Below are positions 37,545 to 45,215 of a DNA stretch of 64,000 nt, piece by piece. Under the pieces are notes generated by a model. It searched no databases. It worked only from the letters and a program-made list of their open reading frames with translations, and was not told where the DNA came from. A program made the translations under genes and the position numbers. Every line of letters begins with the position of its first letter. The stretch's first letter is position 1. Source of the DNA: Polyangiales bacterium (lineage in GTDB: Bacteria > Myxococcota_A > Polyangia > Polyangiales > Polyangiaceae); contig JBBRNJ010000011.1 in NCBI GenBank assembly GCA_038230375.1, positions 64,001-128,000 on the forward strand, in the 5' to 3' direction.

Positions 37545-38327
37545 TCAGCTGGGACGGGGCTTTTTTCCCCGCACGGGAGCGCGCCAGGCGACCACCGCAC
37601 AGAGCCCGAGCACGATCGCCGCCGCCATGCCGCCGCCCATTCCAGCGTCCCCTCCAGAGAGGAGCGAAGGCAACGTGCGGACGTCGAGGAGCGCGCCATG
37701 GAACAGCGTCTGCGTCGCAAGGAGCCATCCGATGTTCATGCCGACGGCGCCGTATGCGCTCCGGTCGCGCTGGAAGATGGCCGCGGCGAACGCGCCGAAA
37801 CAGAAGCTCGCGATCACCTCCGGCCACGTGGCGGTCTCCGACGAGTAGCTGCGCGCCGCGAAGAGCGCGCCCGCAGCGAGCATGCGAGGCAGCGCGTGGT
37901 CGACATGCACCAGCACGCGGCGAGAGAGGCCCACCAGCAAGATCTGATCACGCACGGCCGTGAGCGTTGCCGACATGACGCCCAGCCCGATGCTGCTCCA
38001 TGCGAACGACGACGGCGCGATGTCGCATGTATGTGTAAGATGCAACCATTCGAGGATGACGGCCGCAGGCGCCATTCCGAGCAGCGCGCCTCTCCCCAGG
38101 CGCGTCGCGATGTCCTTCGCCGTGGGCTCTCTCGCAAGCGGATCGCTCCATGCGAGCCCGAGCCTGCCCATGCCCCACTCCGCCGCGACCGCCTGCGCGA
38201 CGAGCGCAGCGAGCGGCATGTTCGCGAGGAGAGCGCCAAGGAGCGCGACGCCGAAGAACAGCATCCCACCGAACAGGGCCACGCGCGCGGCGGCTCTGGT
38301 ACTCGCGCTCTGCTCGATCGGCGTCAT
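37545..38327 (-). CDS. CPBP/CAAX-protease-like integral membrane protein (degenerate catalytic motifs)
   Basis: Multiple TM helices; AVRDQILLVG at the EExxxRG position; FAAR; AVGMN.GW. Confidence 0.6.
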   Translation of the reverse strand: MTPIEQSASTRAAARVALFGGMLFFGVALLGALLANMPLAALVAQAVAAEWGMGRLGLAWSDPLAREPTAKDIATRLGRGALLGMAPAAVILEWLHLTHTCDIAPSSFAWSSIGLGVMSATLTAVRDQILLVGLSRRVLVHVDHALPRMLAAGALFAARSYSSETATWPEVIASFCFGAFAAAIFQRDRSAYGAVGMNIGWLLATQTLFHGALLDVRTLPSLLSGGDAGMGGGMAAAIVLGLCAVVAWRAPVRGKKPRPS

Positions 38328-38349
38328 CCCACGCTCATGCGCACGCTGG

Positions 38350-39354
38350 TCATAGCTCGCCGTCGAACGCGGCGCTCTCCGCAAGCAGACCGGGCAGTCC
38401 GCCCGTGTGGATGAAGAGCACGTTCGCGTCGCGGCTCACCTCCCCACGACGCACCTGCGCGGCGAGCGCGCTCATGGCCTTGCCCGTGTACACGGGGTCG
38501 AGCAAGAGGCCGGTCTCCCGCGCCACCCGCACGCACAGCGCCCGCTGCTCCTTCGACATGACGCCGTAGCTGGGGCCTTTCTCGCGGTCGTCGAAGGCAA
38601 TCGCGGGTCGCGAAGAGAGGGCGGCCAGGTCGGCGTCGAAGGACTGCGCCTCCGGCACGATGCGCCGGACGGCCGTCTCGAAGTACTCCGCGTCGTCGCA
38701 GACACACACGGCATGGACACGCCCAATAAGCCCCGTCTTCGATACGCCGAGCGCGATGCCCGCGGCGGTGCCGCCCGAGCCGCAGGCGAAGAACACGTGG
38801 TCGAACTCCTTGGGGCACAGGCCAACGCGCCCTTGCTCGGCGATCTCGCTCATCGCGTCCACGTAGCCCAGCGCACCGAGTCCGTTCGACCCACCCTCCG
38901 GGATCACGTAGGCCCGCTCGCCACGCCGCTGCAGCTCGGACGCAGCGTCCGCCATGATGGAGCTGCGGTCCTTGTACTGGTCCGGCGTGATGGTCGTCAC
39001 GTTGGCGCCGACGAGCTTGTCGATGAAGAAGTTCCCCGTGGGCGGCGTGGGCACCGTCTCGCCGTGACGCAGCCGCAAGAAGAGCTTCGCGCGCAGTCCA
39101 AGGCGTGCCGCAAGCACCGCCGTCGCGCGCGCATGGTTCGACTGGAGCGCGCCGCACGTCACCACGACCTTCGCGCGCAGATCGAGCGCGTCTGCGAGCA
39201 GGTACTCGAGCTTGCGGATCTTGTTGCCTGCCTCCGGTCCGCCCGTCATGTCGTCGCGCTTCACCCACACGCGGCACCCGACGATGTCGCGCAGGCGCGG
39301 GACCTCGGCGATCGGCGTCGGAAGGTGAGCGAGCCTGAGCTTGCGCGGCCTCAT
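38350..39354 (-). CDS. D-cysteine desulfhydrase / ACC-deaminase family PLP enzyme
   Basis: PTPI, VKRDD, GNKIRKLEY, QSNHAR, IPEGGS, GSGGT.AG, LDPVYTGKA, FIHTGG. Confidence 0.9.
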   Translation of the reverse strand: MRPRKLRLAHLPTPIAEVPRLRDIVGCRVWVKRDDMTGGPEAGNKIRKLEYLLADALDLRAKVVVTCGALQSNHARATAVLAARLGLRAKLFLRLRHGETVPTPPTGNFFIDKLVGANVTTITPDQYKDRSSIMADAASELQRRGERAYVIPEGGSNGLGALGYVDAMSEIAEQGRVGLCPKEFDHVFFACGSGGTAAGIALGVSKTGLIGRVHAVCVCDDAEYFETAVRRIVPEAQSFDADLAALSSRPAIAFDDREKGPSYGVMSKEQRALCVRVARETGLLLDPVYTGKAMSALAAQVRRGEVSRDANVLFIHTGGLPGLLAESAAFDGEL

Positions 39355-39398
39355 GCGAGCGGTCTCATGCGAGCGGCCTCATGCGAGCGGTCTCATGC
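39345..39398. repeat. 14-bp tandem repeat GCGGYCTCATGCGA (about 4 copies) spanning a gene junction
   Basis: Units start at 39345, 39359, 39373 and 39387; each contains TCAT (ATGA on the minus strand). Confidence 0.92.
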
Positions 39399-39899
39399 AA
39401 ACCTGAGAAGCTTGGCGTTCGCCTCGACCGTGTCGCCTGCCTTCACCATGATCTCGGCGACGGTGCCCTTTGCCTTGGCCTTGACCTCGTTCTCCATCTT
39501 CATCGCCTCCACGACGAGGAGCGCCGTGCCCGGCTCGACGTCGTCACCGATGGCGGCCATGACCTTCACGATGCGTCCGGGCATCGGGCTCTTCACGATC
39601 TTCTCGGTGCCGGCAGTGCCGCCCTTCTTCGCGGCGCTCGCGGCGCGCATGCGCTCGCTCTCCACGCGCACGTACGCGCGGCTGCCGCTCGCGATCGCGC
39701 CGATGTCCGGCGGGGTGCCCTCCGTCGTGAGGTCGCAGACCTTGCCGTCCACGCGCACCGAGAGCGCGGTGCCGACCGACACGACATCCACGTCCACGGC
39801 CTTGCCATCGATCTTCACGGACAGCGCGGAGTCGGGCAGCTCCGTGACGTCAACGGGGATGGGCTGCTCTCCGGGAGCGAGTTGAACGTAGTAGCGCAT
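39393..39899 (-). CDS. Biotin carboxyl carrier protein (acyl-CoA carboxylase biotinyl subunit)
   Basis: SPMPGRIV, EAMKMENE biotinylation motif; start at ATG 39899. Confidence 0.9.
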   Translation of the reverse strand: MRYYVQLAPGEQPIPVDVTELPDSALSVKIDGKAVDVDVVSVGTALSVRVDGKVCDLTTEGTPPDIGAIASGSRAYVRVESERMRAASAAKKGGTAGTEKIVKSPMPGRIVKVMAAIGDDVEPGTALLVVEAMKMENEVKAKAKGTVAEIMVKAGDTVEANAKLLRFA

Positions 39900-40106
39900 G
39901 GCGTACGCACTTTCGCAGAAACGACCGCGCACGTCATCCCGGGCTCGACCCAAGGTGCGCGGAACGTGGGTCTTTTCGGACCGGGGCCTCGCGCGACAGA
40001 TCCACCCTGATGGTACGAATCGAGGCACTGCGTAAAGGCGATGGCCGTCATTTCGCGACGTTACGGATGTGTAGGCGCTGGTACGCCGTATGCGTGAAGG
40101 TGGTTC

Positions 40107-41366
40107 ATGATCCGCTGGACCAAGCTCGTGGCGCTCGGGGTGATTGCAACGACCGTCGCGTGTAGCAGCGCAGGCGGCACGTCGGACACGACGGTGCAGC
40201 CGAGCACGGGTGCTGATGACAACGGCCCCGACATCGAGAGCGGTCCCTCCGTCAACGAGACCGGCGACGAGCTCGCGACGCCGATGTGGTTCGCAACCGC
40301 CGACACCGCAGTGTGTCCGACCGGCGGCACCTTCGACGCGACGTCTGGCTTCTGTACGCAGGGTGGTCGCGCGCTGGGCCCGTTCACGGTCGCGATGGTC
40401 ACCGCGTGCAAGAACGGCGGCGGCTCCGGCTGCGACGACGCCAACTGGGACCTCGCCCAGGCCGCGCGCTTCCGCGGCAATGACACGTGCCCCGTGGGCT
40501 CCGCGATCGACGCCGCGCTCGGCGTCTGTACCGAGGGAGCGAACGCGGTTGGTCCGTTCTCCCAGACCATGGTGGACGACTGCACTGCGGCGGGCGGCGG
40601 TGATGCTTGCTCCGGCCTTCGCTTCGGCAAGCAGCTGGTGTCCGAGCTGCCGGTCGAGGACGACGGCGACAACACGATCGTGACGGAAGGCGCTGGAGGG
40701 AACTGCTCGCAGCTCAACTCCAAGATGGCGGGCTTCTACGGCAGCCGTCAGGGCTACGACACCGTGTCGCGCGCCGGCATCCGGACGCTCGGCAGTCGCC
40801 ACAACGGCTGCGCCACGTGGCTCTCGCATGCGATCCGCATGTCGGGTGGCAACATCCCGATCGAAGAGTCCACCAACGGCCTCCGTGACGCGCTCAAGGC
40901 GCGGGGCTGGACCGTGATCCGGAACCGTGCGGACCTCCAGCCTGGCGACGTGATCGTCACGAAGGACCGCGCAGGTATGCCCGGGCATCCCGACCACATC
41001 TACATGTTCGCCGGCTGGGATGGCCAGAACCCCAGGGCCGTTGACAACCAGGGCTTCACGCACACGCGCACCGCGGGCAGGAGCCCGATCGCCTTCGGTC
41101 TCCGCGCGCCCTCCGGCAGCGGCGGCGGGTCGTGCAATCAGATGACGAACCAGAACGACGCGAGCCCTCCTCCGCAGCGAGACAGCTGCGCCGGCAAGAG
41201 CAACGGCTGGTACTGCTCCGAGGTGGCCTCGTACAGTGCGTACCAGTGCCAGGGCAACACCATCGCCGGCGGCTGGCAGTGCAGCGACAACACGGTGTGC
41301 CGGACGAACGGCGGCGGCCAGGCGACGCTGTCGGGCCAGAATCCGGGCTGCTTCGGCTCGAAATGA
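40107..41366 (+). CDS. Lipoprotein with duplicated Cys-rich modules and a papain-fold (NlpC/P60-, Tae-like) amidase domain
   Basis: Lipobox VAC; NGCA.WLS (Cys), LQPGDVI, DHIYMF (His), DNQG; Cys-rich C-terminus. Confidence 0.7.
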   Translation: MIRWTKLVALGVIATTVACSSAGGTSDTTVQPSTGADDNGPDIESGPSVNETGDELATPMWFATADTAVCPTGGTFDATSGFCTQGGRALGPFTVAMVTACKNGGGSGCDDANWDLAQAARFRGNDTCPVGSAIDAALGVCTEGANAVGPFSQTMVDDCTAAGGGDACSGLRFGKQLVSELPVEDDGDNTIVTEGAGGNCSQLNSKMAGFYGSRQGYDTVSRAGIRTLGSRHNGCATWLSHAIRMSGGNIPIEESTNGLRDALKARGWTVIRNRADLQPGDVIVTKDRAGMPGHPDHIYMFAGWDGQNPRAVDNQGFTHTRTAGRSPIAFGLRAPSGSGGGSCNQMTNQNDASPPPQRDSCAGKSNGWYCSEVASYSAYQCQGNTIAGGWQCSDNTVCRTNGGGQATLSGQNPGCFGSK

Positions 41367-41391
41367 GCCTCGTGAACGATCGGGTGAGCGC

Positions 41392-41784
41392 TCAGACGGA
41401 GAACACCACGTCGAACTGCTGACCATCGGGATCGCTGTCGAGCCACGCGTGGCCGGTCTTGCCCACGTCGAGCGCGAAATGGATCTTCTCCTCCGCCGCG
41501 CCGCGATCGAGCGAGCTCTCGAGCAGCGCCCGCCGATAGCAGTTCGGGCCTCCCGGAAAGAGCGCGTCCACGTTTGCGATGAGCCGCTTCAGTCTGGTGC
41601 GCGCGCGCGGACCTCTACGAAGCGCCGAGCGACCTCGCCTGCGTGCGGACGCAACTGCATCGCGTGGTGAGGACGTGGTGCGCGCGCGCTCCACCTGCTG
41701 GAGCAAGCGGAGGAGGTCTACCGAGACGAGCGGCTGTCCCGCGAGCCGGACGAGCCCCGCGGCTACTTGCCGAAGAACGCGCAC
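41392..41784 (-). CDS. Lasso-peptide B2 / transglutaminase-like (Cys-His-Asp) protein
   Basis: NCYRRALL and GHAWL motifs; GTG at 41784 with GGAG upstream, overlapping the previous gene; this is the C-terminal part of track ORF 41392..42750. Confidence 0.65.
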   Translation of the reverse strand: MRVLRQVAAGLVRLAGQPLVSVDLLRLLQQVERARTTSSPRDAVASARRRGRSALRRGPRARTRLKRLIANVDALFPGGPNCYRRALLESSLDRGAAEEKIHFALDVGKTGHAWLDSDPDGQQFDVVFSV

Positions 41785-44700
41785 GACTCGTTCTCCAGGC
41801 ACCGATGCGTCCCCGGGTGCGAGAGGAAGTAGACATCCGTGCCGCGCGTGGCGAGGAACCGGATCAGCAGATGGTCGTAGTAGACCGCGTCGTCGAACGC
41901 CTTGCACGAGTCCCCGTTGACCCAGACGTGCTGGCCCAGCGGATTGATGTACGCGTTGACGACACCCACGAGCGGGACGGGTGGGGGTGCGGTCTTCGGA
42001 TCCGGTGAGAAGGGCGCGCCAAGGAGGCGTGGGCTCCATGCGAGCACCTCCGTCGCCGCATCCGTGGGCGTGAGGCTGGCGCTGCGCACCAGACGGAGTG
42101 GCACGTCGGGGCGAGACGCGGCGTACTGGTCCTTCCCCTCCGCCAGGTAGTCGACGTCGGCGAGCGTGGTCGCGCAGAACGGTGGGTTCTTCTTCGGACC
42201 GTTCGGGCACGCCGGCGTCGCGGGCACGCGGTTCTCGGCGCACGCGGGGCCGGCATGCGTGCGTCCAAGGCGCGCGAGTCCTTCGAACGCAAAGTTGCGC
42301 GCGAGCAGCTCGTCGGGCGTCACTCGCCCGAGCGCGTCGTACAGGGGCTGGGGCGCGGTGAAGTTCGCGTACTCGGGGTACTTCGCGCCCACCTCGGGTG
42401 AGAAGATCGGGACCGCGCCGCTCGCCCGGCCGAACGCGTAGCCGGTGGAGGTCGGCACCAGCGGATCGCCGTCCGTGTTGAACTCCATCACGGCGCGCGG
42501 CGGGAGGTCGCTGCCGTCGGGCGCGGTGCTGTGCTTCCGGTAGTAGTATGCGGCGAAGTTGATCGGGTCCGACGGGTCCACCGCGGCTTGCGTGAGCGAG
42601 ATGAGGCGACGGAACTCCGGGCTTTGTCGGCGCAGACCAAGGCCCTCTTGCGGCGCCGTGAGGGCGGAGCCCACCGGGTAGAAGAGGCCCCGGAACTGCG
42701 TGCACGCAGTGCCATCTGGCAGGCCAAAGGCTGCCACGGTGTCGTCGCACGTGGGCGCGCCGTCGGCGATGGCGAGCTCGCCGATCTCTGCCTGCTCGAA
42801 CGTGTCGATCGTGCGAAGGGCCGTGCTGCCGTCTGGCACGCGGCAGGTCTTGTAGGAGTCGACGAGATCCTTCTCGCGGAAGATGTCCACGCGGAGGTTG
42901 TCACCGATGGTCGCGGGGATCGGAATGCGGAAGCGCCCCAGGTCGCTCGCGCGCGCGCAGCGCACCTCGTCATTGCTCGCGTTGGTGAGCACCACGGTCA
43001 TGTCCGGGCCAAGCTCCGCGGGGCTCAGGCATGCGAGCTCGAGCTCGCGCGAGTTGGTCAGGTCGTTCAGCACAAGGCGCACGCTTCGCTGATCGCCAAC
43101 GCAACGGGTGTCCTTGCCCGTGCCGCTCTGGGTTCGTTCTTTGGCCGGAACGGCGACCAGCAACGGTGACAGTACCTGCTCCAGGACGGACTCCGGCACG
43201 AGCGACGATCGCGTCGCGATGTCTGTGAGGCCGCCGCCGCCGGAGATGCTGGCCGTGGCCTTCACCCTGTGGTCGACCGCGCCGTGCACGAGCGCAAGGA
43301 CGCCACCGAACGAATTACCTGCAGAATACACGTCCGTGGTGCCGCCCACGTCGGGCACGCCATCCGCGTCGAAGTCGCCGGCGAGCTCGTTCTTGCCGTC
43401 CCCGTCGTAGTCCATGGTGCCCACGGCCTTGCCATCGAAGCTTGCGAGCACGCGGGTGGTCTGCATCATGTCCACGACGGACTGCCGGATGTTGTCACGC
43501 GAGTGGAAGATGTGCGCACTCCAGAGCAGGCCGCCGCTATCGGGCTGGCCGTCGCCGTTAAGGTCGTGCGCGCGCGACGCGGTGATGCCGCCGATCCACG
43601 GAACCATGCACGCGCCGCCCAGCGCCACCTTTGCGACGGACGTCAGTCCGCGGTTCAAGAAGAGGCCGTGGCCCGGCATGTCGATGCCGATCATCGCAAC
43701 GCCTTGTTTCGCGAAGTAGCCCGCGCGCGCGATGATCTCGTCGCCGTGGAGCGTGGTGCCGTGCGCCCAGACCGTGGTGGGGAACGGCTGCTTGTGCGCG
43801 GCCGTCGCCTTCGGCACGCTGAGCCAGAACGGCACCGTGTCGGGCTGCACGCGCGCCTCTCCCGTGCGGTAGTTGATCTGGAAGCGGCCGTCCGGGTCCT
43901 CGTGGGCCGGATCGCCCATGAAATAAGGCGATTGGAACTCTCCAATGACGAAGTAGTCCACGTTGTCCAGGCTCTGCTCCAGGCGCGCCGCCTCCGAGGG
44001 AGAGAAGCCGGCGACCATGGTGATGAACTGATCGAGGACGTCCTTCGCCTGCGCGACGCGGACGATGTACGGGCGTGCGGCCTTGGGCGCGCACTCCTTC
44101 GTCTGTTGCCATCCGGGCGGGTCGGGCTGGTCGGGGGCAGCCCGACCAATGGCGCGGAACGCGGAGATGGTGGTGGGGTAGTCGTGCGCCAGGTATGCCA
44201 TGGGGCCGACACCAGACAGGCCGTCGCGGAGGACGCGCATGTCGTCCATGACGGGCTGCGTGGTGAAGCTCCACGTGAAGGCCACGTGCGAGAGGCCCGA
44301 GCCGGAGAGATCGCCGAAGTATGCGGCGTGGTTCTTGTCGTCGAGCGCGGAGCCGACCCTGTTTGTGGAGTCGCGCTGCGCCGGATGGTGGATGTAGTCG
44401 AACGGTGAGCGCACGGGGCGCCCGTTCTCGTCCTTCAGTCGGTCCGTGAGGACGACCGCGTACTCCGTCATCTCGTCGAGCGGCAGGAGGGGTCGCATGA
44501 TCAGCGTGTCCGACTCGCGCTCGTAGAACGTGAGCAGGTTGTCGATGCCGTCGATGCCGCCGGCGGGTACGGGGCCGAGCGTGTTCGGTCGATCGAGGAC
44601 GCCGTCGAAGTCCGTATCGAGCGCGGGCGAGTACTGGCTCGGGAGGAGGCCGTGTGCCTCGTCGAAGGTCTCGAAGAGCAGGTTTTCCTCGGTCGCGCGC

Positions 44701-45215
44701 GGATCGTTGGGGAAGTACTTCGCCTTGTCGACGACGGAGACAGGCAGGTCGCCACCGCTCATGTCGAGCGGGACGGGCACGCCGGTCTTCAGGTTGATCA
44801 CGTAGACGGGGTCGTCCGCGAAATCGTGGCCGTCGTGCTGCATCTGCGAAGCAACGCGCGCGATGTCGATCGCGGCGTCACCGTCGGGGATGTCGACGGG
44901 GCGCGCGAACGCCACGGTGATCGGCTGGTACGTGCCCCAGCCTTCCATGTCCGTGAAGCCTTCACGCGCCACGGTCTCCAGGCGCGTGGACGCCACGCGG
45001 CTCACGTTGATGCGGCGTCCAGTGCGGCTCGACGGGTCAGCGACGGTGGCCACGTCGTTGGGCTGCGGGATCTCTGGCAGCGGTCGACGCGTGAGATCGA
45101 ACACGACCCGAGGTCCGTTGCCCGCGGGCGTCTGCCGGTCGCCCGTGGGAATGGTGTCCACGGCGCAGGCGGCAACGCCGAGCGTGAGGGCGGCAAGAAG
45201 AAGCGCGGGTCTCAT
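41763..45215 (-). CDS. Large lipoprotein alpha/beta hydrolase, paralog 2 (~1150 aa)
   Basis: Lipobox VAAC; P.PNDVAT; WAHG; GNSFGG elbow; GDPLV; GQHVW; DxDGDG Ca-binding loops; ATGA overlap with upstream paralog. Confidence 0.8.
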   Translation of the reverse strand: MRPALLLAALTLGVAACAVDTIPTGDRQTPAGNGPRVVFDLTRRPLPEIPQPNDVATVADPSSRTGRRINVSRVASTRLETVAREGFTDMEGWGTYQPITVAFARPVDIPDGDAAIDIARVASQMQHDGHDFADDPVYVINLKTGVPVPLDMSGGDLPVSVVDKAKYFPNDPRATEENLLFETFDEAHGLLPSQYSPALDTDFDGVLDRPNTLGPVPAGGIDGIDNLLTFYERESDTLIMRPLLPLDEMTEYAVVLTDRLKDENGRPVRSPFDYIHHPAQRDSTNRVGSALDDKNHAAYFGDLSGSGLSHVAFTWSFTTQPVMDDMRVLRDGLSGVGPMAYLAHDYPTTISAFRAIGRAAPDQPDPPGWQQTKECAPKAARPYIVRVAQAKDVLDQFITMVAGFSPSEAARLEQSLDNVDYFVIGEFQSPYFMGDPAHEDPDGRFQINYRTGEARVQPDTVPFWLSVPKATAAHKQPFPTTVWAHGTTLHGDEIIARAGYFAKQGVAMIGIDMPGHGLFLNRGLTSVAKVALGGACMVPWIGGITASRAHDLNGDGQPDSGGLLWSAHIFHSRDNIRQSVVDMMQTTRVLASFDGKAVGTMDYDGDGKNELAGDFDADGVPDVGGTTDVYSAGNSFGGVLALVHGAVDHRVKATASISGGGGLTDIATRSSLVPESVLEQVLSPLLVAVPAKERTQSGTGKDTRCVGDQRSVRLVLNDLTNSRELELACLSPAELGPDMTVVLTNASNDEVRCARASDLGRFRIPIPATIGDNLRVDIFREKDLVDSYKTCRVPDGSTALRTIDTFEQAEIGELAIADGAPTCDDTVAAFGLPDGTACTQFRGLFYPVGSALTAPQEGLGLRRQSPEFRRLISLTQAAVDPSDPINFAAYYYRKHSTAPDGSDLPPRAVMEFNTDGDPLVPTSTGYAFGRASGAVPIFSPEVGAKYPEYANFTAPQPLYDALGRVTPDELLARNFAFEGLARLGRTHAGPACAENRVPATPACPNGPKKNPPFCATTLADVDYLAEGKDQYAASRPDVPLRLVRSASLTPTDAATEVLAWSPRLLGAPFSPDPKTAPPPVPLVGVVNAYINPLGQHVWVNGDSCKAFDDAVYYDHLLIRFLATRGTDVYFLSHPGTHRCLENESCAFFGK

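Noticed and set aside
39393..41426. 677-aa biotin-domain fusion
   Set aside because: The upstream part is antisense to the 40107-41366 lipoprotein; the real gene starts at 39899
41392..41784. Complete lasso peptide biosynthetic cluster
   Set aside because: No cyclase, RRE, precursor or ABC exporter found nearby
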